Position numbers and translations under genes: made by a program
The notes under the pieces: generated by a model
What the model was told of the DNA's origin: nothing
Database searches by the model: none
The model's input: the letters and a program-made list of their open reading frames with translations, nothing else
NCBI GenBank assembly: GCA_016184455.1
Contig: JACPCS010000102.1
Span: 11,962 to 75,961, forward strand
Direction of reading: 5' to 3'
Origin: Acidobacteriota bacterium
Lineage (GTDB): Bacteria; Acidobacteriota; Vicinamibacteria; Vicinamibacterales; UBA2999
Length of the DNA stretch: 64,000 nt
Shown: positions 52,477-63,200 of the stretch, one piece after another
How positions within the stretch are numbered: position 1 is the first letter of the stretch
How the letters are laid out: every line of letters begins with the position of its first letter

Positions 52477-52830
52477 ATGACGACGCGACGAACGCCGGGC
52501 AAGCCGCGACGCATCGGCAAGAGCGGCGAGGAGATCTTCCTGCCGCAAGTCGAGAGCAGCGATACGAGCAAGAACCGCCGCGGGCGGCGCCCGACGCATA
52601 CCGAGCACTGGACCAAGGTGACGGTCGTGCTGTTCGACCGTCAGATCGTGTTCCTCGACCGGCTCGGCGCCGACATCCGCGCGGCGAGCGGCGTCGCGAT
52701 CAGCCGCGCGAACGTGATTCGCGCCTTGATCGACGCGCTGAGCGAATCGGACCTCGACCTCACGGGCACGCGGTCGGAAGCCGACCTCAAGGCGATTCTT
52801 ACCGCCCGCCTCGGACGATATCGCACATAA
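52477..52830 (+). CDS. ribbon-helix-helix (ParG/CopG-like) small protein with a basic disordered N-tail
   Basis: TKVTVVLFDRQIVFLDRLGADIRAASGVAISRANVIRALIDAL fits a strand-helix-helix pattern. The N-terminal 45 aa are Arg/Lys-rich. It lies downstream of the ParA-like gene. Confidence 0.55.
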   Translation: MTTRRTPGKPRRIGKSGEEIFLPQVESSDTSKNRRGRRPTHTEHWTKVTVVLFDRQIVFLDRLGADIRAASGVAISRANVIRALIDALSESDLDLTGTRSEADLKAILTARLGRYRT

Positions 52831-52895
52831 CCACGAAGGCCACGAAGATCACGAATACTTTTTTCGGTTCGTGTTCTTCGTGTGCTTCGTGGTTG
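52829..52895. repeat. inverted 9-bp arrays (CACGAAGNN x3 / complement x3) forming a near-perfect hairpin
   Basis: CACGAA occurs at 52832, 52841 and 52850. TTCGTG occurs at 52869, 52878 and 52887. The central loop is cttttttcg. The element begins at the RHH stop codon and overlaps the 3' end of the convergent gene. Confidence 0.9.
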
Positions 52896-54060
52896 TGCGT
52901 CCCGCGACCCAATTGCCTTGGGCGATCGGCCCGGGGTTGTCGTGCCGGAACGAGCTGAATACCAGCCCCGATACACCGGGAATCGCGCACAGTTCGCGCT
53001 CCATGTCCACGCTCCTCGCGTGCCACTGTCGCGCGACGTGCAGCCGCGTCGACGTGCCTGCCACGCACGGGGCATACGCGTCGCGCACGTGCTCCAGGAG
53101 CGGCGGCAGTCCCGTGCCGTCGAAATAGTTCTGCACGTACCCGGTCCCGCGGTGCATCGGCCAGAGCTGGTGCCACATCGACGGGCACTGTGACGAATTC
53201 TGATCGACGACGAGCACGTCGACGAGTCCCCGGCGGACCCACTCGCGCCAGTGGAGGGTGGTGTTCCCGAGCGGCGGTCCCAACACGTCGCCCCGCGCCA
53301 CACCGACTCCGAGACGGCGCCCGTGCGCCGCGAGCGCGTCGCGGAGTTCCACGAGCAGCGTCGTGAGGTACCCGCCGAGCATGTCACGCCACGGCCGAGG
53401 GTCGACGTCCGCGCCGAGCGGATCGACGCCGTGCCGCTGCCTGAACGCGGCGCGAGCCGGATCGTTATAGCCGAACTGGTCGGCGTGGTCGGCCGGCCGC
53501 GATTGCGACCGGAGGCAGACGAAGAGTCCATCGAAGCGGGTCGGGGCAAGCCATGCGAGCCAGCGATCGATGAACGCGCGCCGCGCCTCGGGGTACGCGC
53601 ACGACACGACGCCCCACTGCCGTCGACGCCCGGATCGATCGACGACGACCCACTCGGGATGCACCCGCGTCAGCTCGCTCTGCCAGGCGACGTGCTGCCA
53701 GTGCATCGCATTGTGATAGCTGACCGCGCGCACGTGCGGCGGCGGCAGCGGCCACCCCTCGTCGAACAGCGAGACATAGAGCCATGCCTCGAGCCCGGCT
53801 TCGTGGGCCAGGCGGGGCACGATGGCGAAGTCGTCCCAGCCGATGACGCGCGCAGCCCTGAGCGAAGGATGCCGGTAGCCGCGCGCGGCGGAGAACCGCC
53901 CCGGAATCCGCGCCCGCAGCAGGCGCCAGTGCACCGCGCCCGCGCCGAGCTCGTCACGCCACGCGCGCATCCGTCGCGCGACCTTCGCGGGGGTGTCGAG
54001 CCGGCCATCGCCTTCGCCGAAGGTGAGGTGGTCACCCCACGACACACTGACGATGTTCAT
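52849..54060 (-). CDS. hypothetical protein, possibly a glycoside-hydrolase-like TIM barrel
   Basis: The ATG is at 54060. [10 protein letters not shown] and [24 protein letters not shown] are reminiscent of GH-like families (weak). The C-terminal [15 protein letters not shown] is encoded by the repeat array. Confidence 0.4.
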   Translation of the reverse strand: MNIVSVSWGDHLTFGEGDGRLDTPAKVARRMRAWRDELGAGAVHWRLLRARIPGRFSAARGYRHPSLRAARVIGWDDFAIVPRLAHEAGLEAWLYVSLFDEGWPLPPPHVRAVSYHNAMHWQHVAWQSELTRVHPEWVVVDRSGRRRQWGVVSCAYPEARRAFIDRWLAWLAPTRFDGLFVCLRSQSRPADHADQFGYNDPARAAFRQRHGVDPLGADVDPRPWRDMLGGYLTTLLVELRDALAAHGRRLGVGVARGDVLGPPLGNTTLHWREWVRRGLVDVLVVDQNSSQCPSMWHQLWPMHRGTGYVQNYFDGTGLPPLLEHVRDAYAPCVAGTSTRLHVARQWHARSVDMERELCAIPGVSGLVFSSFRHDNPGPIAQGNWVAGRTTTKHTKNTNRKKYS

Positions 54061-54134
54061 GGTGCCACTCGGCGTACGCAGGGCGGGTCCGCGCATCGAC
54101 GCGAGCAGCGGACGGCGCCGAATCGACGTGTATC

Positions 54135-55354
<1,220 letters not shown>

Positions 55355-55382
<28 letters not shown>

Positions 55383-56644
55383 CGTTCGGGGCGTTCGACG
55401 TTCGTGATCAACCTCACACTCCGCTGAAACGTCACGTACGCGACGGCCCACTGCACGAGCACCATCAGGCGATTGCGGAAGCCGATGAGCTCGAAGATGT
55501 GCAGGAACAGCCAGAAGATCCAGGCGAGCACGCCAGAGAATCGCAGCCAGCCGAGATCCGCGATCGCGGCGCCGCGGCCGACAATGGCCAGGTTCCCCTT
55601 ATCCCGATACGCGAACGGCGCGGTCGAAGCTCCACGCAGCCGCCTCAGAATCCCGCGCGCCACGTGCTGCGCCTGCTGAATGGCCACCGGTGCCACGCCT
55701 GGAAGCTGGCGTCCGTCGCGGTCGACGGCCGCCGCGGCGTCGCCAATCACGAATACTTCCGGATGCCCAGGCACGGAGAGGTCGGGCGCGACCATCACCC
55801 GGCCAGCGCGGTCGAGCGGCGCACCAAGCGTACGGAGGAGGGGCGACGCTGTCACTCCCGCGGTCCACAGCACGGTGCCTGCGGCGAGACGGTCGTCGAT
55901 GCCGTCGCGGCGCAACAGCACGCCATGCGCATCCACCCCTGTCACGGTGGTCGCCTCGCGTACCTCGATCCCGAGACGACGGAGCGAAGAGCGCGCGGCC
56001 TCGCGCAGCCTCGGAGGAAACGATGGCAGGATCGTCGGCCCCGCCTCCACGAGGACAACGCGGGCACGGCCCGGATCGATCGATTGGAACTCGTGGCGCA
56101 GTGTCTGGCGCGCAATCTCGGCGAGCGTGCCCGCGAGCTCCACGCCGGTCGGACCGCCGCCGACGAGGACGAACGTGATCAGCTCCTGCCGCCGCGCGGC
56201 GTCGGTCTCGCGCTCAGCGCGCTCGAACGCGAGCAGGATGCGCCGGCGCATCTCGAGCGCGTCCTCGAGCGTCTTCAGCCCGGGCGCATGGGGCGCCCAC
56301 TCGTCGTGGCCAAAGTACGTATGGCTCGAGCCGGCGGCAACGATCAGATAGTCATACGCGATCTCGGTGCCGTCCTCGAGCCGCACCTGCCGGCGCTGCA
56401 CGTCGATGACGACGACCTCGCCGAGCAGCACCCGCACGTTCGGCGCGCGCCGCAGAATCCAGCGGATCGGCGATGCCACGTCGCCCGGCGAGAGCGTCGC
56501 CGTGGCGACCTGATAGAGCAGCGGCTGGAAGAGGTGATAGTTGTGCCGGTCGAGCAGCGTGACCCGCACGGGCGCGCCGCGGAGCGCCTTGGCCGCGTTG
56601 AGCCCCCCGAATCCGCCTCCGATGATGACGACGTGGGGTTGCAC
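55355..56644 (-). CDS. ndh: type II NADH dehydrogenase (NDH-2)
   Basis: [27 protein letters not shown] and VFVIGDAA. It starts at the GTG at 56644. Confidence 0.8.
55362..55404. repeat. 9-bp tandem array NNNCGTTCG x5 within a convergent gene overlap
   Basis: CGTTCG occurs at 55365, 55374, 55383, 55392 and 55399. It encodes the ispG tail PERSDRS and, on the other strand, the ndh tail [13 protein letters not shown]. Confidence 0.9.
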
Positions 56645-56667
56645 CTGCAGTACACTGGCGCAGGGTC

Positions 56668-58689
56668 ATGAAAACCGCAACCACGTTTGCCCCCGAGCAC
56701 ACGGTCGCCACGGTCTGTCCGCTCGATTGTCCCGACTCGTGCAGTCTCGACGTCACAGTGCAGGACGGCCGCATCACATCCATCGACGGCTCGGAGGCCA
56801 ACCCGGTCACAGGCGGCTACATCTGCGCGAAAGTGCGGCGGTTTCCGGAGCGCCTCTACGGAGCCGATCGCCTGCTCTATCCCGCCGTTCGCAAAGGCCC
56901 GAAGGGCGCCAGCAGTTTCTCGCGCGTCTCCTGGGAAGAAGCGCTCGAGCTCATCGCGGAGCAAATGCTCCAGGCCCGCGAGCGGTGGGGCGGCGAATCG
57001 ATCCTTCCGTACTCGTACGGCGGCTCGAATGGCCTGCTCACGCAGGACACGAGCGATGCAACGCTCTTCCGCCGGCTCGGCGCGTCGCGCCTGGCGCGCA
57101 CCGTCTGCGCCGCCCCCACCGGCGCCGCCAACCAGGCGCTCTACGGCAAGATGCCGTCGGTCAGCTACGAGGATTTTCCGGACGCGCGACTGATCGTGTT
57201 GTGGGGTGCCAACCCGTCAGCCTCGGGCATCCATCTCGTGCCGTACATCCGCGAGGCGCAGCGCCAGGGCGCGCGTCTGATCGTCATCGATCCCCGGACC
57301 ACGCCGCTGGCGCGGCAGGCTGACATTCACCTGCGGGTGCGGCCCGGCACGGATCTGCCGGTCGCGCTGGCCATCCACTGGTATCTGTTCGAAGAGGGGC
57401 TCGCGGACACGGCATTCCTCGCCGCGCACACGCGCGGCGCCGAGCGGCTGCGCGAGCGGGCGCGGCCGTGGACGTTCGAGCGCGCTGCCGTTGAAGCCGG
57501 CATCGAGGCAGATGCGCTGCGCGCGGCGGCCGAGGCCTACGCCACGACGAGCCCAGCCCTCATCCGCTGCGGGTGGGGGCAGGAGCGCAACCGCAATGGC
57601 GGCAGCGCTTCGATGGCGATCCTCGCGCTCCCCGCGGTCGCCGGCAAGTTTGGCGTGCGGGGCGGCGGATACACCATGAGCAATTCGGCGTCGTGGGGCC
57701 TCAGCCGCACCTGGATCGGCAGCGACGAACCGGCGACGCGCCTCGTCAACATGAACCACCTCGGGCGCGCGCTCGAGGACGGCGTGCCGCCGATCAAAGT
57801 GCTGTTCGTCTACAACAGCAACGCCGCCGCCACCACGCCGCACCAGGCGCTCGTCCTCAAGGGCCTCGCCCGCGAGGACCTCTTCACCGTCGTGTTCGAG
57901 CAGGTGATGACCGACACGGCGCGCTATGCCGATGTCGTGCTGCCGGCGACGACGTTCCTCGAGGGGTACGAGATCGCCCGCAGCTACGGGACGATCGGCC
58001 TTCGGCTCGGCAAGCCCGTCGTGGAGCCGGCCGGCGAAGCGCGATCGAACGCGGAAGTCTTCGGCGAGCTCCTGCAGCGCGTGGGCCTCTGGCGCGAGGG
58101 CGATTCGACCGGCGAGTTGGAGGAGATGCTCGACGTCCTGGCGCGGCTGCCCGAGCCGATCGGCACCGATCTGCGCGAGCGCGGCGCGGCGACGCCGCCG
58201 AACGGCGGGCGTCCGATTCAGTTTCACGATGTCTGGCCGCTGACGCCCGATCGCAAGGTCGATCTCTTTCCCGAGGCGTTCGAGGCGGAGGCACCTGCGG
58301 GGCTGTACGGCTATCAGCCCGATCCCGCCACCGCCGAATTCCCGCTTGCGCTCATCACGCCCGCCAGCGAGCGGACGGTCAGCTCGACGCTGTCCGAGCT
58401 GCCGCGTCCCGAGGTGCGGCTGCTGATGCATCCCACCGACGCCGAGGCGCGCGGGCTCGCCGAGGGCGACGCCGTCCGCGTCTTCAACAGGCTCGGTGAC
58501 GTGCGCTGCCACCTGGCCGTCGGCGCCTGGATCCGGCCGGGGACGGTGTCGCTGCCGAAAGGACTGTGGCGGAAGCACACGGCCAACGGCTACACCGCCA
58601 ATGTGCTTTGCCCGGATACGCTGACGGATCTCGGCGGCGGCGCCTGCTTCAACGACGCGCGCGTGCAGGTCGAGAAGATCAGTAGCTGA
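56668..58689 (+). CDS. molybdopterin-dependent oxidoreductase (MopB superfamily, [4Fe-4S] N-terminal motif)
   Basis: CPLDCPDSCSLDV, LIVLWGANPSAS, VIDPRTTP and a C-terminal molydop_binding-like region (GDAVRVFNRLGDV...VSLPKGLW). Confidence 0.8.
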   Translation: MKTATTFAPEHTVATVCPLDCPDSCSLDVTVQDGRITSIDGSEANPVTGGYICAKVRRFPERLYGADRLLYPAVRKGPKGASSFSRVSWEEALELIAEQMLQARERWGGESILPYSYGGSNGLLTQDTSDATLFRRLGASRLARTVCAAPTGAANQALYGKMPSVSYEDFPDARLIVLWGANPSASGIHLVPYIREAQRQGARLIVIDPRTTPLARQADIHLRVRPGTDLPVALAIHWYLFEEGLADTAFLAAHTRGAERLRERARPWTFERAAVEAGIEADALRAAAEAYATTSPALIRCGWGQERNRNGGSASMAILALPAVAGKFGVRGGGYTMSNSASWGLSRTWIGSDEPATRLVNMNHLGRALEDGVPPIKVLFVYNSNAAATTPHQALVLKGLAREDLFTVVFEQVMTDTARYADVVLPATTFLEGYEIARSYGTIGLRLGKPVVEPAGEARSNAEVFGELLQRVGLWREGDSTGELEEMLDVLARLPEPIGTDLRERGAATPPNGGRPIQFHDVWPLTPDRKVDLFPEAFEAEAPAGLYGYQPDPATAEFPLALITPASERTVSSTLSELPRPEVRLLMHPTDAEARGLAEGDAVRVFNRLGDVRCHLAVGAWIRPGTVSLPKGLWRKHTANGYTANVLCPDTLTDLGGGACFNDARVQVEKISS

Positions 58690-61600
58690 AGAAGAAGATC
58701 AGATCCAGCCCGCCGCGCTCGATGCGGCGGAACGTCACACGCTGCGTGCCGCCGGCCGTTTCGGCCACCGAGCCCTGCAGACGGAGGAACTCCGCGATCT
58801 GATACTCGAGGATGAACTCGGTCGCTTCCTCCGCACCGAACCCCTGCCGGATCCGGAAGAAGAGCCGCTCCCCGACCTGCTCGCCGATGCTCAGCGTCGG
58901 CGTCAGCCCGCGCTCGCTTTCTTCCGCCTGGATCTCGAACTCGTCGAGCTCCAGCGCTTCGGCGATCGAACGCGTCAGGCCCGACACGAGGTAGCCGCCC
59001 GCGAGCGCGCCGGCATACTCCGCCAGGGAGACCTGCTGTCCTTCCCCGAGCTGGTTGATCGGCACGTTGAACACGATGAGCGAGAGGATGTCGGCCTGAT
59101 CGAGCGGCGGTCGGCTGCTGAACGAGAGCTCCGGCTGCCGCAGCGTCCCCTGGACGCGGACGAACGTCTCGACGCCCGAGATGACGCGGCGCGCGCGCAG
59201 ATCGACGAGCGGATCGATCTCCTCGGTGCCGGCGAACCGGATCCGGCCGTCCCGCATGATCTCGAAGCGGCGGCCCTGGAACGTGTAGCTGCCGCGAATC
59301 GTGTTCACTTCGCCGACGAGGCGCGGCCGTTCACCCGGTCCCTTGCGGATCTGCATCGCGCCGCCGACCGTGACGGTCATGTCACCGATGTCGATCGGCG
59401 CGTTGGCCGGCCGCAGGTCGTTGCCGCGCAGCACGAGATTGCCGGGGACCGCGACCCCGAGTGTCAGGTCGAGGGCGTCGAGCAGACGCGGGTGCGGCAT
59501 CGTGGGCGCAGGCGTCTCGGTGGCGGCGAGCGCCGCGCCGGCGGCTGCGGCGGCTTCCTCGAGCATCACCGCTTCGGTGGCATACGCGTCGCTCGTCGCC
59601 TGCTCCATCAGGTGCGCCACATCGACCGCCCCGGACTCGACCTCGACGAATCCCTCGACGCGGGGCGCGCGCAGCTCGCCTGTCACGCGAACGTCGGTAT
59701 CGAGCTTGAGAGTGGCCACGTCGTTGTCGATCACCTCGAAGTTCTCGGACTTGATCTCGACATCGACGGCCCCAACGGCCAGTTCGTGCACCGCGAGCGT
59801 GCCGCCGATCGTCATCACCTGCCGGTGCTCGTCGAGGAGCCGCATCTCGCCAATCGTCACCGCGTCCGGCTTCAGGTCGACCCGTGTATCGAGGCCGGTA
59901 TAGGCCGTGCCGAGCTCCGGAATCGCGAAAGCACCGCCGCGCACGTCGACGACGCCTTCGAAGTGCGGGTCGCGGCCTGTGCCGGTCACGTGTACGTCGG
60001 CCTGCAGCGCGCCGGTCACATCGCGGACGTAGCTCGTGAACCCCTGCACGACCCCGAGGTCGATCCGGGTGCTCGTCATCTGAAGGTCGATACCTTCGCC
60101 GGCTTCGGGCGTCTCGTGCCCTTCGATGCCCGGCGGATTGCGCTTGAAGAGCGAGAGCGGCGCGTAGCCCTTGGCGGTCAGCGAGGCCTGCGGCGACCGA
60201 TCGAGGCGCACGTCGACGTTCACGCCCCGGCCCACGTAGTCGACCCGGCCCGCCAGCGAGTCGAACGTGAACTGCCGGAACGCTCCCTGGCGGAGCGCGA
60301 ACGACCCTTCCGCGCGCGGCGCCTCGAGCGGCCCCGAGACCGCCGCCTCCGCGTCGAGGCGGCCCGCGAATCGCTGCTCGCCGAGCAGCAGCGTGTCGAG
60401 CTGCGCCATGTCGACGTTCCCGGCGCGCACGAGCAGCACATCTCCTGGCGACCCGAGCCCACCATCGAGCTGGATGCGCTGATCCCCGCTGACGAGGCGC
60501 AGATCCTCGACGGCGAGACGGTCCTCGCCGTAGCGGATCGCCGCCTCGGCGCCTGGAGCCGAGCGCCACTCGACCTGCTCGGCCCGGAGCGCGAAATCCC
60601 CGAGATGGATCTCGTGATGGTCGGGGTGCAGCACGGCGACGCCGCTCGCCGCCACCTCGCGCATCCCGTGCTGAGCGACCGCACTGAAATCGAGCGTCCC
60701 CTGCGAGTAGGTCGTGTCGGCGGTCAACTCGTTGACGCTCTGGCCGGCGATCTCGACGAACGTCGCCGCGCTCGTAGCGCGCACCGTGGCGGCGTCGGGC
60801 GTCAGCTCGGGCACCGACACTGCAAACGTGCTGCTCAGCGTGAGCGCGGTGGTCTCTCCGTAGCCGATGTTGCTCCCCTGCAACGCACCTTCGGCCGTGA
60901 GCTCGCGCGCGTTTCCGGTGACGGTGGCATCGACCACGGCCGCGCCGCGCAGCGGCCGCTTCAGCATCGTGCCGACTGACTCGAGCGCCGGGGTCTCGAT
61001 GTGCGCCTTCAGGTTCGAGGCACCCGCGTCGGTGAGGGCGATCGTCCCCTGCGCACGTGCCGTGAGGTCCGGACCGGTGATCTCGAACGTCGTGAGCTGC
61101 CCCTCGCGATCGCGGTAGCTGCCGTCGATCGCGGCGAAGTCGATGTCGAGCCCGCCAACGGTCGAGTCAGCCAGGTTGACCCGTCCTCGTGCTTCGATCG
61201 AATCGATCGTCACGCCGGCCACGTAGTCACGCATGGTCGCCTCGAGGTCCATCGCGCCCGTGACGGTGCCGGCGATCCGCTCGTTGCCGGTGATCACCGC
61301 CGGGTCGAGTTGCGCAAACTCGCCGGCCGCGCTCACGCGCGCGTCGCCGCCGCCAAAATGCGCGTCCATCTCGAGGCGCGGGAACATCGCGCCGAAGAGC
61401 TCCGAGTCGACCAGAGTGCCGGTCGCGTCGAGCGTGAACGGATACCGGCCACCCCCGCTGCCCGTCACGTCGAACGTGGCGTTCACGCGGCTGCGGTACC
61501 GGTCGCCGGCGATCGCGCGGATGCCGAAGCCGTGGCCAACCTGCTGGACGTCGAGATTCGCCACCTGTCCGCGCGCCGCGTACTCTGGCGCGCGCCCGGC

Positions 61601-63184
61601 GCCGAAGCGAACCTGCGCGGTCGTGCCCGGCGCGATTGAGGCCGCCGCGAGCGCCGATGCGTCGAACTGCAGGTCGGCGGAATACACGTGGCCTCGGCCG
61701 TTCAACGTGTAGGCGAACTGGAGCTCGCTCGGGACTCCCGGCGCCCGAAACACGGGTGGCAGATTACGGAGATCGATCGCCGCGGCGCGGCCGGTGAGCG
61801 AGAGCGTCACAGGGCGTCCGAAGGCGATGGTGCCGGTAGCGGTCCCACGGCCGCCATAGGCGCTGGCGGCACCATCGACTCGGAGCACCGTGCCATCAAT
61901 GCGTCCCCGTGCCACGACATCGCGCGCCTGATACCCGGCGAACGCCGCCTGTCCGGCATTGAGGGTATAGGTTCCGTGGAACGGGCGTCCCGCCGCGGGC
62001 AGGACCAGATCGAACCGGGCCTCGCCGGTCACGTCGCTCCCCAGATCCGCAGCCGTCCGCACGCGGGCTCGAATGAGCGGCTCGACGTTGACGTGCACGA
62101 GCGAGGTCGTCCCCGTCATGCGACGCTCGGGGCCTTCGAGATCGGCGGTCAACGCGCCGCTGACCTCGCCCAGGTGTGCCTCGCGTGCATTGAACTCCAC
62201 CGACAGCGCGTCGATCGGGCCGCGTGCGTCGACCTCGAACGCCGGCTGCAGCACGTAGCCGCGCAGCGCGGGCACCACACGCGCAAACTCGTCGACGACG
62301 AACTTGTCGGATGACACATGGAGATCGAGCCGGCCTGTTCCCTCCTTCGGCATCGTGACGACGCCGTCGACGCTGAGGGAGCTCTCCTCCGTCCGTAGCG
62401 CCACCTTGTCGAGCGTCAGACCCTCCCCGGTTCGCCTGATCACGCCCGAGAGGGCATTGATCCCGAGATACGGCTCGTCGGCGCGCAGCGACACGTGCGC
62501 CAGGTCGATCGTCAGCGCATCTTCGTTGCTCGTCACGCCGACCGAGGCATCGAGACGGCCGATTCGGGCCGGCACCATGACGCCGGCCGTGCCGACCGCG
62601 CGCTCTTCAGCCGGCTCCTGCACGTACACGGTCGCGTCGCTCACGCCGAGCTCGCCGATCTCGATCGGCAGGCGCCGCCGGGGCGAGTCCGGTGTCCGCG
62701 CCCGAAACAACCGCGTGATGTTCCATCCCTCGGCCGTGCGCTGGACGCGAATCACCGGCTGGTTCACGCGGATGTCGTCGAGGACGACGTGGCCGGCGAG
62801 AAACGTGAGGATGTTGTAGTCGAGGCCGACGTCATGGATCTCGACGACGGTCTGGTCGTCCATCGTGATGCGGATGTCCTCGAGCTCGACGCCGAACAGC
62901 AGGTTCCCGTCGAGGCGTCCGATCGACAGCCGCCCATTCACGTAGTCAGCCGCCTGGCGGACGATGAAGGCGCGGAGCCACTCCTTGAACCAGGTGGTCT
63001 GCGCGACGATGGCCGCCATGGCCGCCGCGCCGACGATCAGCGCGGTGAGGAGCGCGATGACCTGGAGCGATCGGCGGACGACCCGGCGCATCTCCTGGTA
63101 CGTCCTTCCCGCAATAGGACCGGCCGCTCCGCTGTCGCGGCCGGCGAAACCACCGTCGAAGGGCTGCCGTGGATTGCAGGACAT
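58679..63184 (-). CDS. tamB: translocation and assembly module protein TamB (AsmA/DUF490 family)
   Basis: The N-terminal anchor is MRRVVRRSLQVIALLTALIVGAAAMAAIV (ATG at 63091; an alternative ATG lies at 63184). A long beta-rich body follows. The C-terminus is DUF490-like (...LGEGQQVSLAEYAGALAGGYL...RLFFRIRQGFG...). The ORF track start at 63814 overlaps tamA. Confidence 0.8.
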   Translation of the reverse strand: MSCNPRQPFDGGFAGRDSGAAGPIAGRTYQEMRRVVRRSLQVIALLTALIVGAAAMAAIVAQTTWFKEWLRAFIVRQAADYVNGRLSIGRLDGNLLFGVELEDIRITMDDQTVVEIHDVGLDYNILTFLAGHVVLDDIRVNQPVIRVQRTAEGWNITRLFRARTPDSPRRRLPIEIGELGVSDATVYVQEPAEERAVGTAGVMVPARIGRLDASVGVTSNEDALTIDLAHVSLRADEPYLGINALSGVIRRTGEGLTLDKVALRTEESSLSVDGVVTMPKEGTGRLDLHVSSDKFVVDEFARVVPALRGYVLQPAFEVDARGPIDALSVEFNAREAHLGEVSGALTADLEGPERRMTGTTSLVHVNVEPLIRARVRTAADLGSDVTGEARFDLVLPAAGRPFHGTYTLNAGQAAFAGYQARDVVARGRIDGTVLRVDGAASAYGGRGTATGTIAFGRPVTLSLTGRAAAIDLRNLPPVFRAPGVPSELQFAYTLNGRGHVYSADLQFDASALAAASIAPGTTAQVRFGAGRAPEYAARGQVANLDVQQVGHGFGIRAIAGDRYRSRVNATFDVTGSGGGRYPFTLDATGTLVDSELFGAMFPRLEMDAHFGGGDARVSAAGEFAQLDPAVITGNERIAGTVTGAMDLEATMRDYVAGVTIDSIEARGRVNLADSTVGGLDIDFAAIDGSYRDREGQLTTFEITGPDLTARAQGTIALTDAGASNLKAHIETPALESVGTMLKRPLRGAAVVDATVTGNARELTAEGALQGSNIGYGETTALTLSSTFAVSVPELTPDAATVRATSAATFVEIAGQSVNELTADTTYSQGTLDFSAVAQHGMREVAASGVAVLHPDHHEIHLGDFALRAEQVEWRSAPGAEAAIRYGEDRLAVEDLRLVSGDQRIQLDGGLGSPGDVLLVRAGNVDMAQLDTLLLGEQRFAGRLDAEAAVSGPLEAPRAEGSFALRQGAFRQFTFDSLAGRVDYVGRGVNVDVRLDRSPQASLTAKGYAPLSLFKRNPPGIEGHETPEAGEGIDLQMTSTRIDLGVVQGFTSYVRDVTGALQADVHVTGTGRDPHFEGVVDVRGGAFAIPELGTAYTGLDTRVDLKPDAVTIGEMRLLDEHRQVMTIGGTLAVHELAVGAVDVEIKSENFEVIDNDVATLKLDTDVRVTGELRAPRVEGFVEVESGAVDVAHLMEQATSDAYATEAVMLEEAAAAAGAALAATETPAPTMPHPRLLDALDLTLGVAVPGNLVLRGNDLRPANAPIDIGDMTVTVGGAMQIRKGPGERPRLVGEVNTIRGSYTFQGRRFEIMRDGRIRFAGTEEIDPLVDLRARRVISGVETFVRVQGTLRQPELSFSSRPPLDQADILSLIVFNVPINQLGEGQQVSLAEYAGALAGGYLVSGLTRSIAEALELDEFEIQAEESERGLTPTLSIGEQVGERLFFRIRQGFGAEEATEFILEYQIAEFLRLQGSVAETAGGTQRVTFRRIERGGLDLIFFFSY

Positions 63185-63200
63185 CAGTTGATACCCACCA

